NCBI RefSeq assembly: GCF_058153355.1
Contig: NZ_CM177019.1
Length of the DNA: 64,000 nt
Direction: 5' to 3' (one strand)
Below are positions 42,442-54,817 of the stretch, piece by piece. Each line of letters starts with the position of its first letter. Within the stretch, counting starts at the first letter, position 1. The notes below the pieces were generated by a model. It searched no databases. It was not told where the DNA came from and worked only from the letters and a program-made list of their open reading frames with translations. The translations under genes and the position numbers were made by a program.

Positions 42442-43058
42442 TAGCGTTGCTCCTGAGTGAGGGAAAGGGGATCCTCCCCGCCATTGGCAAACCAGCTTGC
42501 GGCAAGGCGCTGTTTTTCTTTCATCTGACGTTGCAGGCTATCGTCGGTGATCAGCCGTAACGCATGATTCGGGCAAGCGCGAACGCAGGCCGGACCTTCT
42601 GGCAAGAAATCACACAGGTCGCATTTCACCGCGACGGTCTGGACACCCGGTTCCCAGCGCAGCAAAGCATGTTGGGTCGGCGCGTTTTCTTCGCCGTCTT
42701 TGAGTGAGCCGTCAGCCTGAAAAACATATTGCGCAGGGGCATTCACCGGACGGCTTCCTGAAGCGCTGATTGCGCCAAATGGGCAGACCACGGCGCAAAG
42801 CTTGCAGCCAATACAGAGGCTTTCGTTGAGTTGGATCGCATCATCTCTCTGGGAGATGGCATTGACCGGGCAGACCTGCAGGCAAGGGGCTTCCTCACAG
42901 TGATGACACACGACAGGGGCAGTGAGTGTTGACGTCTTCGCCAGGGCCAGGCGCGGGTGTTGCTGTAAACCTTGCGTTTTATGCACGTCCGAACAGGCAG
43001 CGAGACAGGTATTACATCCTGTACACCACAGTGGTTCGGCCACCACAAAGCGGTTCAT
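42441..43058 (-). CDS. hyfA: Hydrogenase-4 ferredoxin-type subunit A
   Basis: Start placed at MNRFVVAEPLWCTGCNTCLAAC; multiple 4Fe-4S Cys clusters. Confidence 0.85.
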   Translation of the reverse strand: MNRFVVAEPLWCTGCNTCLAACSDVHKTQGLQQHPRLALAKTSTLTAPVVCHHCEEAPCLQVCPVNAISQRDDAIQLNESLCIGCKLCAVVCPFGAISASGSRPVNAPAQYVFQADGSLKDGEENAPTQHALLRWEPGVQTVAVKCDLCDFLPEGPACVRACPNHALRLITDDSLQRQMKEKQRLAASWFANGGEDPLSLTQEQR

Positions 43059-43099
43059 GTCGGCTCCTTGAAAATGATATGAAACATTGCATTTCATAT

Positions 43100-43115
43100 T
43101 GCATAAAGGATGCCA
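43100..43115 (-). promoter_or_regulatory. Candidate sigma54 (-24/-12) promoter of the hyf operon
   Basis: Minus strand reads TGGCATCCTTTATGCA, with GG and GC at the consensus spacing, about 42 bp upstream of the hyfA start. Confidence 0.5.
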
Positions 43116-43310
43116 GTCTGATTAATTTAATATATTCAATAAGTTATGTGTTAACTGGATTCTGAGCGGTACAAAAATGATGGTCATTAACGTTCAGCAA
43201 TAAATGGATTCGACACCCGTGTCGCAGGGGAAAGCGAGAATGTGATCTTGATCACGAGAAGTGAGATGTGCTGACCGCAAGCGCAGCCAGCACGGAATGG
43301 AGTAAAGTAA

Positions 43311-43781
43311 TCAGGCGTGTTCTTTCAGCCAGTTCAGCACAACGTCGTGGTGATTGCTGGTTTTGAAATCGTCAAAGACATGTTCGATTTTGCCATCAGC
43401 GTCAATCAGGAAGCTGATGCGATGAATACCATCGTAGGTTTTGCCCATGAAGGACTTTTCACCCCAGACGCCGAATTGTTCGCACACCTGGTGGTCCTCA
43501 TCAGACAGGAGCGTAAAGTTAAGCAGCTCTTTTTCCGCAAAACGGGAGAGTTTTTCGGGTTTATCGGTGCTGATACCCAGCACATCAACGCCCGCTTTTT
43601 TCAATTCATCCATGTTATCGCGTAAGCTGCAGGCCTGTACGGTACAGCCGGGAGTCATGGCTTTTGGGTAAAAATAAACCAGAACACGCTGTCCCTGGAA
43701 GTCGGTCAAATTAACTTGTTCTCCGTCTTGATCCGGCAAGCTAAATTTCGGTGCGATATCACCGGCTTTCAGTGGATTCAT
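43311..43781 (-). CDS. bcp: Thiol peroxidase / bacterioferritin comigratory protein (peroxiredoxin)
   Basis: 156-aa ORF with the peroxidatic Cys motif region (FYPKAMTPGCTVQAC). Confidence 0.9.
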   Translation of the reverse strand: MNPLKAGDIAPKFSLPDQDGEQVNLTDFQGQRVLVYFYPKAMTPGCTVQACSLRDNMDELKKAGVDVLGISTDKPEKLSRFAEKELLNFTLLSDEDHQVCEQFGVWGEKSFMGKTYDGIHRISFLIDADGKIEHVFDDFKTSNHHDVVLNWLKEHA

Positions 43782-44353
43782 TACTTAACTCCATCCTGTT
43801 CATCATGTGGGGAATAATTGACGACGTTTATACTGCCTTGTGCATTGAGTTCTGTACATAGGGCTTTAAACGCTTGCTCAATATTTGCTGCATCCGCAGA
43901 GGCGGGACTGTGGGCGGTTATCTGAATATGCAACTGTACAGCCCGTTCATTTTCAGCAGGTTGCGTGCGCGACACCAGCTCCGCAATGTTCATATGGTGC
44001 GCGTCGAAAAGTGCCGTGAAGCGTTCAATTAAATGCGGGGAGTCTGCCACATCGACCTGAACCCAGACAGATGCTGGCATTGGCGGACGCGGACGCGCCG
44101 TCGTGCGCTTCATCACGATTAAAAGATCCAGTTCGGCACCTTTCAACGGTAACGTTGATTCAATCAGAGTGATGGCATTCCATGAACCGGAAAGCAGCAT
44201 GATAAACGTGAACTCTTCTCCCAGCATTGCCAGGCGACTGTCTTCGATATTACAGCCGCAACTACTGACATGACGGGTGATGGTGTTCACAATTCCAGGG
44301 CGATCGGCACCCAACGCAGTGATCACCAGATAATGTTGCGATGACAGTGTCAA
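43781..44353 (-). CDS. gcvR: Glycine cleavage system transcriptional repressor GcvR
   Basis: Tandem ACT-domain protein. Start assigned to the TTG at 44351-44353 (..TLSSQHYLVITALGADRPGIV), giving 190 aa; the track ORF extends 22 codons further upstream. Confidence 0.75.
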   Translation of the reverse strand: MTLSSQHYLVITALGADRPGIVNTITRHVSSCGCNIEDSRLAMLGEEFTFIMLLSGSWNAITLIESTLPLKGAELDLLIVMKRTTARPRPPMPASVWVQVDVADSPHLIERFTALFDAHHMNIAELVSRTQPAENERAVQLHIQITAHSPASADAANIEQAFKALCTELNAQGSINVVNYSPHDEQDGVK

Positions 44354-44498
44354 ACTGGTTATTCCTTTAAGGGGTGAGTTGTTCTTAAGGAAAGCATAAA
44401 AAAAACATGCATACAACAATCAGAACGGTTCTGTCTGCTTGCTTTTAATGCCTTACCAAACGTACCATTGAGACACTTGTTTGCACAGAGGATGGCCC

Positions 44499-45377
44499 AT
44501 GTTCACGGGAAGTATTGTCGCGATTGTTACTCCGATGGATGAAAAAGGTAATGTCTGTCGGGCTAGCTTGAAAAAACTGATTGATTATCATGTCGCCAGC
44601 GGTACTTCGGCGATCGTTTCTGTTGGCACCACTGGCGAGTCCGCTACCTTAAATCATGACGAACATGCTGATGTGGTGATGATGACGCTGGAGCTGGCTG
44701 ACGGGCGCATTCCGGTAATTGCAGGGACCGGCGCTAATGCCACTACGGAAGCCATTAGCCTGACGCAGCGTTTCAATGACAGTGGTATCGTCGGCTGTCT
44801 GACGGTAACCCCTTACTATAATCGTCCGTCGCAAGAAGGTTTGTATCAGCATTTCAAAGCCATCGCTGAACATACTGACCTGCCGCAAATTCTGTATAAT
44901 GTGCCGTCCCGTACTGGTTGCGATCTGCTCCCGGAAACGGTGGGCCGTCTGGCGAAAGTAAAAAATATTATCGGAATCAAAGAGGCTACAGGGAACTTAA
45001 CGCGTGTAAACCAGATCAAAGAGCTGGTTTCAGATGATTTTGTTCTGCTGAGCGGCGATGATGCGAGCGCGCTGGACTTCATGCAATTAGGCGGTCATGG
45101 GGTTATTTCCGTTACGGCTAACGTCGCAGCGCGTGATATGGCCCAGATGTGCAAACTGGCGGCAGAAGGGCATTTTGCCGAGGCACGCGTTATTAATCAG
45201 CGTCTGATGCCATTACACAACAAACTATTTGTCGAACCCAATCCAATCCCGGTGAAATGGGCATGTAAGGAATTGGGTCTTGTGGCGACCGATACGCTGC
45301 GCCTGCCAATGACTCCAATCACCGACAGTGGTCGTGAGACGGTCAGAGCGGCGCTTAAGCATGCCGGTTTGCTGTAA
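44499..45377 (+). CDS. dapA: 4-hydroxy-tetrahydrodipicolinate synthase
   Basis: Start placed at [19 protein letters not shown], giving 292 aa. Confidence 0.95.
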   Translation: MFTGSIVAIVTPMDEKGNVCRASLKKLIDYHVASGTSAIVSVGTTGESATLNHDEHADVVMMTLELADGRIPVIAGTGANATTEAISLTQRFNDSGIVGCLTVTPYYNRPSQEGLYQHFKAIAEHTDLPQILYNVPSRTGCDLLPETVGRLAKVKNIIGIKEATGNLTRVNQIKELVSDDFVLLSGDDASALDFMQLGGHGVISVTANVAARDMAQMCKLAAEGHFAEARVINQRLMPLHNKLFVEPNPIPVKWACKELGLVATDTLRLPMTPITDSGRETVRAALKHAGLL

Positions 45378-45390
45378 AGTTTAGGGAGAT

Positions 45391-46428
45391 TTGATGGCTT
45401 ACTCTGTTCAAAAGTCGCGCCTGGCAAAGGTTGCGGGTGTTTCGCTTGTTTTATTACTCGCAGCCTGTAGTTCTGACTCACGCTATAAGCGCCAGGTCAG
45501 TGGTGATGAATCCTACCTGGAAGCAGCACCGCTTGCGGAGCTTCATGCCCCGGCTGGAATGATTTTGCCGGTGACCTCCGGTGATTACGCAATCCCGGTG
45601 ACCAACGGTAGTGGTGCTGTCGGTAAGGCGCTGGACATTCGTCCGCCAGCCCAGCCGCTGGCACTGGTTTCTGGCGCGCGTACCCAGTTCACGGGCGATA
45701 CCGCTTCATTGCTGGTGGAAAATGGTCGTGGCAATACTCTGTGGCCGCAGGTAGTTAGCGTGCTGCAGGCGAAAAACTACACCATCACCCAACGTGATGA
45801 TGCGGGTCAGACGCTGACCACCGATTGGGTACAATGGAACCGTCTGGACGAAGACGAGCAGTATCGTGGTCGTTATCAAATCTCTGTTAAACCGCAAGGT
45901 TATCAGCAGGCGGTTACGGTTAAACTGCTGAACCTGGAACAGGCGGGCAAACCGGTTGCAGACGCGGCTTCCATGCAGCGTTACAGCACGGAGATGATGA
46001 ACGTTATTTCCGCCGGTCTGGATAAATCTGCCACTGACGCCGCGAACGCTGCGCAAAATCGTGCCTCCACCACTATGGACGTACAAAGTGCAGCTGATGA
46101 CACCGGTTTACCGATGCTGGTCGTACGCGGGCCGTTCAATGTGGTTTGGCAACGTCTGCCAGCGGCGCTGGAAAAAGTGGGCATGAAAGTGACCGACAGC
46201 ACCCGTTCGCAGGGCAACATGGCCGTAACTTACAAGCCGCTATCTGACAGCGACTGGCAGGAACTGGGCGCGAGCGATCCAGGCCTGGCATCCGGTGACT
46301 ATAAACTGCAGGTTGGCGATTTAGATAACCGCAGCAGCCTACAGTTCATCGATCCGAAAGGTCATACTCTGACTCAGAGTCAGAACGACGCGCTGGTAGC
46401 TGTCTTCCAGGCTGCGTTTAGCAAGTAA
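45391..46428 (+). CDS. bamC: Outer-membrane protein assembly factor BamC (lipoprotein)
   Basis: 345-aa ORF with lipobox LLLAAC. Confidence 0.9.
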   Translation: MMAYSVQKSRLAKVAGVSLVLLLAACSSDSRYKRQVSGDESYLEAAPLAELHAPAGMILPVTSGDYAIPVTNGSGAVGKALDIRPPAQPLALVSGARTQFTGDTASLLVENGRGNTLWPQVVSVLQAKNYTITQRDDAGQTLTTDWVQWNRLDEDEQYRGRYQISVKPQGYQQAVTVKLLNLEQAGKPVADAASMQRYSTEMMNVISAGLDKSATDAANAAQNRASTTMDVQSAADDTGLPMLVVRGPFNVVWQRLPAALEKVGMKVTDSTRSQGNMAVTYKPLSDSDWQELGASDPGLASGDYKLQVGDLDNRSSLQFIDPKGHTLTQSQNDALVAVFQAAFSK

Positions 46429-46435
46429 AAATACA

Positions 46436-46462
46436 GGGCTGGAGTCATCCGGCCCTTTTTTC
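46436..46462 (+). terminator. Intrinsic terminator after dapA-bamC
   Basis: Stem gggctgga/tccggccc with loop gtca, followed by a T7 run. Confidence 0.7.
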
Positions 46463-46471
46463 TGATATGAT

Positions 46472-46487
46472 ACGCAAACGTGTGCGT
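46472..46487. promoter_or_regulatory. PurR operator (pur box) upstream of purC
   Basis: ACGCAAACGTGTGCGT is a close match to the consensus ACGCAAACGTTTTCNT. Confidence 0.55.
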
Positions 46488-46525
46488 CGGCAGAAAAATG
46501 CGATTTTAGCGGTAATTCGCACGAA

Positions 46526-46570
46526 ATTTGTTTGTCGGACGCAGGTCGGATAAGGCGTTCACGCCGCATT
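46526..46570. repeat. REP-like palindromic unit
   Basis: gtcggataaggcgttcacgccgcattcgac resembles the REP consensus (GCCGGATGCGGCGTGAACGCCTTATCCGGC) in inverse orientation, with mismatches. Confidence 0.45.
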
Positions 46571-46639
46571 CGACAAACATCTGGCACATCAGACAGCAAA
46601 AGATTTTAAAACGTTAATTCACACCCAGGAGTGATAAAG

Positions 46640-47353
46640 ATGCAAAAGCAAGCTGAGTTGTATCGTGGTAAAGCGAAAACCGTATACAGCACGGAAAACC
46701 CGGACCTGTTGGTGCTCGAATTCCGCAATGATACGTCAGCAGGGGATGGCGCGCGCATTGAGCAGTTTGATCGCAAAGGTATGGTGAACAACAAGTTCAA
46801 CTACTTCATTATGAGCAAACTGGCTGAAGCGGGTATCCCGACTCAAATGGAGCGTCTGCTCTCCGATACCGAGTGTCTGGTGAAAAAGCTGGATATGGTG
46901 CCGGTTGAGTGTGTCGTGCGTAACCGTGCTGCTGGCTCTCTGGTGAAACGTCTTGGAATCGAAGAAGGTATTGAGCTGAACCCGCCGCTGTTCGATCTGT
47001 TCCTGAAAAACGACGCCATGCACGATCCGATGGTCAACGAATCTTACTGCGAAACCTTTGGCTGGGTAAGTAAAGAGAACCTGGCGCGTATGAAAGAGCT
47101 GACCTACAAAGCGAACGACGTGCTGAAAAAACTGTTCGATGATGCTGGTCTGATTCTGGTCGACTTCAAGCTGGAGTTTGGCCTGTACAAAGGCGAAGTG
47201 GTTCTGGGCGATGAGTTCTCCCCGGACGGCAGCCGCCTGTGGGACAAAGAAACGCTGGAGAAAATGGATAAAGACCGTTTCCGCCAGAGCCTCGGTGGCC
47301 TGATCGAAGCCTATGAAGCCGTTGCCCGCCGCCTGGGTGTACAGCTGGACTGA
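46640..47353 (+). CDS. purC: SAICAR synthetase
   Basis: Start placed at [28 protein letters not shown], giving 237 aa. Confidence 0.95.
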
Positions 47354-47520
47354 TTTTTCTATTCATCATCTTGCCGTGCTGCTGGCACGGCAAGACAACC
47401 GCTCTCATAAGATGTGCATTGAACGCTCATTCCTCCGCCATTTCATCCCGCTTTCCTGTGGTAATCTTCCTCTGAACCACCTACGATCATTTCTATAATG
47501 AATATATTGTTGAGGTATCT

Positions 47521-48384
47521 ATGCGTTGGCAAGGGCGACGTGAAAGTGACAATGTTGAAGACAGGCGCAATAGCTCCGGTGGTCCGTCAATGGGCGGTCC
47601 CGGTTTCCGTCTGCCAAGCGGTAAAGGCGGGCTGATTTTACTGATAGTCGTGCTGGTTGCAGGCTACTATGGCGTTGATTTAACCGGATTGATGACCGGA
47701 CAGCCGGTTTCCCAACAACAATCAACGCGGTCAATTAGCCCTAATGAAGACGAAGCCGCAAAATTCACCTCGGTGATTCTGGCAACCACCGAAGACACCT
47801 GGGGACAGCAGTTCGAGAAGATGGGTAAGACCTATCAGCAACCGAAGCTGGTCATGTACCGTGGAATGACGCGCACCGGCTGCGGGGCGGGCCAGTCCAT
47901 TATGGGACCGTTCTATTGCCCGGCGGATGGCACGGTTTATATCGATCTCTCCTTCTATGATGACATGAAAGACAAACTTGGCGCGGATGGCGATTTTGCC
48001 CAGGGGTACGTTATCGCCCATGAAGTCGGTCATCATGTGCAGAAACTGTTAGGCATCGAGCCGAAAGTTCGTCAACTGCAACAAAACGCGACGCAGGCGG
48101 AAGTAAACCGCTTATCTGTGCGTATGGAACTCCAGGCCGACTGTTTTGCCGGTGTCTGGGGGCATAGCATGCAGCAGCAAGGCGTTCTGGAAACCGGCGA
48201 TCTGGAAGAAGCGCTGAACGCGGCGCAGGCCATCGGCGATGACCGTTTACAGCAGCAAAGTCAGGGGCGAGTCGTACCAGACAGTTTCACTCATGGCACT
48301 TCTCAGCAACGCTACAGCTGGTTTAAACGTGGTTTCGACAGCGGCGATCCGGCACAATGCAATACTTTTGGTAAAAGCATTTAA
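47521..48384 (+). CDS. ypfJ: Predicted zinc metallopeptidase YpfJ
   Basis: 287-aa ORF with an N-terminal TM segment and HExxH ([10 protein letters not shown]). Confidence 0.85.
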
Positions 48385-48398
48385 CTTTCGGGGCAGGG

Positions 48399-50414
48399 AT
48401 GGCTGAACTGACTGCGCTTCACCCATTAACAGCGCAAATGAAACGTGAAGGGATCCGCCGCTTGCTGGTGTTGAGCGGGGAAGAACGTTGGTGCTTTAAC
48501 CTTGCGCTTAAGTTGAGTGATGCCTTACCTGGCGACTGGTTGTGGGTTTCGCCGCAGCCAGTCGCTGAAAACTACTGTACTCCCTCGACGCTACAAACTT
48601 TACTTGGACGCGAGTTCCGGCATGCGGTATTCGACGCCCGCCAGGGCTTTGATGCCGCTGCCTTTGCGGCACTTAGCGGAACGTTGAAAGCGGGAAGCTG
48701 GCTGGTGTTGTTACTCCCTGTATGGGAAGAGTGGGAGAACCAACCTGATGCCGACTCGCTGCGCTGGAGTGATTGCCCTGACCCTATTGCGACGCCGCAT
48801 TTTATCCGGCACCTCAAACGCGTACTTACGGCGGATCACGACGCTATCCTCTGGCGGCAAAACCAGCCGTTCACGTTGACGCATTTTATTCCCCGTACTG
48901 ACTGGCAACCCGCGACTGGCGCACCACAACCAGAACAACAGCAACTCTTACAGCAGCTACTCACCATGCCGCCGGGCGTGTCAGCGGTAACTGCTGCGCG
49001 TGGGCGCGGTAAGTCGGCGCTGGCAGGGCAACTCATTTCTCGTATTGCGGGTAGTGCGATTGTCACCGCGCCTGCAAAAGCGGCAACGGATGTACTGGCA
49101 CAATTTGCGGGCGAAAAGTTTCGCTTTATTGCGCCGGATGCGTTGTTAGCCAGCAATGAGCAAGCCGACTGGCTGGTGGTTGACGAAGCCGCGGCCATAC
49201 CTGCGCCGTTGTTGCATCAACTGGTATCGCGTTTTCCTCGAACGTTGTTAACCACTACGGTGCAGGGCTACGAAGGTACCGGACGTGGTTTTTTGCTGAA
49301 ATTTTGTGCGCGTTTCCCGCATTTACACCGTTTCGAATTGCAACAGCCGATCCGCTGGGCGCAGGGATGCCCGCTGGAAAAAGTGGTCAGCGAGGCACTG
49401 GTTTTTGACGATGAAAACTTCACTCACGAACCACAAGGTGACATCGTCATTTCCGCTTTTGAACAGACCTTATGGCGAAGCGATCCGGATACACCGTTAA
49501 AGGTATATCAGCTATTGTCTGGCGCGCACTACCGGACCTCGCCGCTGGATTTACGCCGCATGATGGATGTACCTGGGCAACATTTTTTCCAGGCGGCTTG
49601 TGAAAACGAGATCGCCGGGGCGCTGTGGCTGGTCGAGGAGGGCGGATTATCTCAAGAACTCAGCCAGGCGGTATGGGCAGGTTTTCGTCGCCCGCGGGGT
49701 AATCTGGTAGCCCAGTCGCTGGCGGCGCACGGCAGCAATCCACTGGCAGCGACATTGCGCGGACGGCGGGTCAGCAGGATAGCAGTTCATCCAGCTCGTC
49801 AGCGTGAAGGCATTGGGCAACAGCTTATTGCCCGTGCTTTAAACTATACGCATGACCTCGACTATCTTTCGGTGAGTTTTGGCTACACCGCGGAGTTATG
49901 GCGTTTCTGGCAACGCTGCGGTTTTGTGCTGGTGCGAATGGGTAATCATCGTGAAGCCAGCAGCGGTTGCTATACGGCGATGGCACTGTTACCGATGAGT
50001 GATGAGGGTAAACAGCTGGCTGAACGTGAGCATTACCGTTTACGTCGCGATGTGCATGCTCTCACGCAGTGGAATGGCGAAACGCTCCCCGTCGATCCAC
50101 GAAATGATGCCGTCCTTTCTGAGGACGACTGGCTTGAACTGGCCGGTTTTGCTTTCGCTCATCGTCCGCTATTAACGTCGTTAGGTTGCTTAACGCGTCT
50201 GCTACAAACCAGTGAACTGGCATTACCGGCGCTGCGTGGTCGTTTACAGAAAAACGCCAGTGACGCGCAGTTATGTACCACACTTAAACTTTCAGGCCGC
50301 AAGATGTTACTGGCCCGTCAGCGAGAAGAGGCCGCGCAGGCGCTGTTCGCACTTGATAATGTTCGCACTGAGCGTCTGCGCGATCGCATAACGCAATGGC
50401 AATTTTTTCACTGA
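48399..50414 (+). CDS. tmcA: tRNA(Met) cytidine acetyltransferase TmcA
   Basis: 671-aa ORF with helicase-like Walker A (ARGRGKSA) and a C-terminal GNAT region. Confidence 0.9.
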   Translation: MAELTALHPLTAQMKREGIRRLLVLSGEERWCFNLALKLSDALPGDWLWVSPQPVAENYCTPSTLQTLLGREFRHAVFDARQGFDAAAFAALSGTLKAGSWLVLLLPVWEEWENQPDADSLRWSDCPDPIATPHFIRHLKRVLTADHDAILWRQNQPFTLTHFIPRTDWQPATGAPQPEQQQLLQQLLTMPPGVSAVTAARGRGKSALAGQLISRIAGSAIVTAPAKAATDVLAQFAGEKFRFIAPDALLASNEQADWLVVDEAAAIPAPLLHQLVSRFPRTLLTTTVQGYEGTGRGFLLKFCARFPHLHRFELQQPIRWAQGCPLEKVVSEALVFDDENFTHEPQGDIVISAFEQTLWRSDPDTPLKVYQLLSGAHYRTSPLDLRRMMDVPGQHFFQAACENEIAGALWLVEEGGLSQELSQAVWAGFRRPRGNLVAQSLAAHGSNPLAATLRGRRVSRIAVHPARQREGIGQQLIARALNYTHDLDYLSVSFGYTAELWRFWQRCGFVLVRMGNHREASSGCYTAMALLPMSDEGKQLAEREHYRLRRDVHALTQWNGETLPVDPRNDAVLSEDDWLELAGFAFAHRPLLTSLGCLTRLLQTSELALPALRGRLQKNASDAQLCTTLKLSGRKMLLARQREEAAQALFALDNVRTERLRDRITQWQFFH

Positions 50415-50463
50415 CTCCTTCAATTTTCTCCCATGGTCATTGTGAGTCAGCGGCGTAAAATTA

Positions 50464-51189
50464 ATGACATCAGTTAAGGAGTTCGCCATGAAACATGACC
50501 ATTTTGTTGTTCAAAGCCCGGATAAACCTGCACAACAGTTGTTACTGCTTTTCCACGGTGTCGGGGATAACCCGGTAGCGATGGGTGAGATCGGCAGCTG
50601 GTTTGCGCCGCTGTTTCCTGATGCACTGGTGGTGAGCGTCGGTGGCGCGGAGCCGAGCGGTAATCCGGCGGGGCGTCAGTGGTTTTCGGTGCAGGGTATT
50701 ACGGAAGATAATCGCTAGGCGCGTGTGGATGCCATCATGCCGACGTTTATTGAGACGGTGCGCTACTGGCAGAAACAGAGCGGAGTAGGGGCAAACGCCA
50801 CGGCGCTAATCGGTTTCTCACAAGGCGCGATTATGGCGCTGGAGAGCATTAAAGCCGAACCGGGTCTTGCTTCGCGCGTCATTGCCTTTAACGGACGTTA
50901 TGCCAGCTTGCCGGAAACCGCGTCTACAGCCACGACAATTCACTTGATTCATGGCGGTGAAGATCCGGTTATCGATCTGGCGCATGCGGTTGCGGCGCAG
51001 GAAGCGTTAATCAGTGCAGGTGGTGATGTGACGCTGGATATTGTGGAGGATTTAGGCCATGCAATCGACAATCGCAGTATGCAATTTGCCCTGGATCACT
51101 TGCGTTATACCATTCCGAAACATTATTTCGACGAAGCGCTAAGTGGTGGCAAACCTGGCGATGATGATGTAATTGAAATGATGCAATAA
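50464..51189 (+). pseudogene. ypfH: Esterase YpfH interrupted by an in-frame amber codon (TAG at 50716-50718)
   Basis: Track ORFs 50464-50718 and 50725-51189 are in the same frame and read straight through one TAG (..GITEDNR*ARVDAIMPTF..). The intact homolog as I recall it has Gln here. Confidence 0.7.
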
Positions 51190-51256
51190 TAGCCTGGTAG
51201 ATACTGTTATGGCCTGCAAGTTTTTTTCTACCCCGGTTTCCCAGATTGCAGGCATG

Positions 51257-52560
<1,304 letters not shown>

Positions 52561-52563
52561 AGC

Positions 52564-52764
52564 TTACTTCTTCGGTTGATCCTTTTTCGGCCAGTCATCG
52601 TCATCGTCCCACTTATCGTTGAAATCACGATGCGGGGGAAGCTCCGGTTTGTTGGCGAGAAATTTCTTATGGTCGACGCGCTTGAGATCTTTAATCACGT
52701 TCAGCAGGACGCCTACCAAAAAGACAATCACCAGAATCCACCAATATTTAGCCAGCCAGTCCAT
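52564..52764 (-). CDS. ypfN: Small membrane protein YpfN (UPF0370)
   Basis: Start placed at [24 protein letters not shown], giving 66 aa. Confidence 0.8.
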
Positions 52765-52791
52765 GCTTATTTCCTCTTGCAGAACCACTCA

Positions 52792-53919
52792 TCAGGCGAC
52801 GAGCTGTTCCATGATACGTTGATACATACGGGCAAGTAGCTGCAGGTCGGCAGCGTTCACACATTCATTAATTTTATGAATAGTGGCATTGACCGGCCCG
52901 AGTTCCACCACCTGCGCCCCCATGCGGGCAATAAAGCGCCCGTCAGACGTTCCGCCTGTGGTCAGTAGCTGCGGTTTAATTTCATTATAGTGCTCAACCG
53001 CGTTAACGACCGCATCCACCAGTTTGCCGCGCGCGGTCAAAAATGGCTGCCCGGAAAGCCACCAATCCACCGTATAACGCAGTTGATGTTTTTCAAGCAG
53101 GGCAAGCACCTGCGCTTTGATCATCTCATCCGTCAGTTCGGTGCTAAAGCGGAAGTTAAACTGCACAAACAGTTCACCCGGAATAACGTTGTTACTGCCC
53201 GTTCCCGCCTGAATATTGGCAATCTGCATACTGGTCGCCGGGAAGAATTCATTACCCTGATCCCACTCAATAGCCACTAATTCATTAAGGAAAGGTGCTG
53301 CGCGATGTACCGGGTTGTCAGCCAGATGCGGGTAGGCTACATGCCCCTGCACGCCATGAATGGTGAGGTTGCAGGTTAACGATCCGCGACGACCATTTTT
53401 CACCACGTCACCAACCACTTCGATGCTCGATGGTTCGCCGACCAGGCAGTAATCGAGACGCTCATTACGCGCCATTAACGCTTCGACGACTTTTACCGTA
53501 CCGTTGTGGGCACTGGCTTCTTCATCAGAAGTGATCAGAAATGCCAGTCGGCCTGTATGGTTGGGATGTTGCGCGACAAAACGTTCTGCTGCTACCACCA
53601 TCGCCGCCAGTGAGCCTTTCATATCTGCCGCACCACGCCCGAACAACATGCCGTCACGAATGGTTGGTTCAAACGGCGGATTAATCCAACGGTCGGCGTC
53701 GCCAGGCGGTACCACGTCGGTATGTCCGGCAAAGGCTAACGTTTCGCCCTGCCCACGCCACGCCCAAAAGTTTTGCGTATCGGCAAAGTCCATGCGTTCA
53801 ACGGTAAAACCGATCGCCTGCAGACGTTCGATCATGATTGCCTGACATCCCGCATCATCAGGGCTTAAGGATGGGCGGCGAATAAGCTGCTGGGTCAGCT
53901 CAATAACCGGGCACGACAT
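52792..53919 (-). CDS. dapE: Succinyl-diaminopimelate desuccinylase
   Basis: 375-aa ORF beginning [26 protein letters not shown]. Confidence 0.95.
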   Translation of the reverse strand: MSCPVIELTQQLIRRPSLSPDDAGCQAIMIERLQAIGFTVERMDFADTQNFWAWRGQGETLAFAGHTDVVPPGDADRWINPPFEPTIRDGMLFGRGAADMKGSLAAMVVAAERFVAQHPNHTGRLAFLITSDEEASAHNGTVKVVEALMARNERLDYCLVGEPSSIEVVGDVVKNGRRGSLTCNLTIHGVQGHVAYPHLADNPVHRAAPFLNELVAIEWDQGNEFFPATSMQIANIQAGTGSNNVIPGELFVQFNFRFSTELTDEMIKAQVLALLEKHQLRYTVDWWLSGQPFLTARGKLVDAVVNAVEHYNEIKPQLLTTGGTSDGRFIARMGAQVVELGPVNATIHKINECVNAADLQLLARMYQRIMEQLVA

Positions 53920-53922
53920 AGA

Positions 53923-54297
<375 letters not shown>

Positions 54298-54659
54298 TTA
54301 TGAGAATAAATACTCATTTAAGGGTGAAAACATTTTGCCTGCAAATGATTATCAAGAAATATAACATTATCGAAGTATTCAAATTAACAACTATTAAATA
54401 ATATTAAACATTTTTAACGTAAACATTAAGAATATTCATCTTGTTATCTGTCTGTATTTTAACCAGAATTAAATAAGTATTAGATGCCGTATGAATATCT
54501 CGAAATGTTGCTGTGTATCACATACAAATCATCACCGCAGGACCATAGTATTTACATAAGGTTTGTCCCCCGGAGGTAGTCATCGCAGCAATCGAGTAAA
54601 TTAGCTTCACCACGGTATATTGTTTCCGTAGAATACCCATAATTATAAGAGAGGTTGTT

Positions 54660-54719
54660 ATGATTGAACGTGAACTGGGGAACTGGAAAGACTTTATCGA
54701 AGTTATGCTTCGTAAGTAA
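54660..54719 (+). CDS. ypfM: 19-aa small protein YpfM
   Basis: ATG..TAA encoding MIERELGNWKDFIEVMLRK after AGAGAGG; absent from the ORF track because of its size. Confidence 0.55.
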   Translation: MIERELGNWKDFIEVMLRK

Positions 54720-54780
54720 TTCCTGAGACAAAGTACAAACAGAAAGTACCTGCTGAACAGGTTCTTTATCGGAAAGTTGA

Positions 54781-54811
54781 AAAAGGCGACACATTGGTAT
54801 GTCGCCTTTTT
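54781..54811. terminator. Bidirectional intrinsic terminator between ypfM and acrD
   Basis: Stem ggcgac/gtcgcc flanked by aaaa and ttttt. Confidence 0.65.
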
Positions 54812-54817
54812 AATTGC

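Noticed and set aside
47371-47393. Hairpin after purC as a terminator
   Set aside because: 10-bp stem (cttgccgtgc/gcacggcaag) but no U-tract on either strand, so function is unclear.
50464-51189. Calling 50464-50718 and 50725-51189 as two separate genes
   Set aside because: Same frame, separated by one TAG, and together colinear with a single esterase; treated as one interrupted gene.
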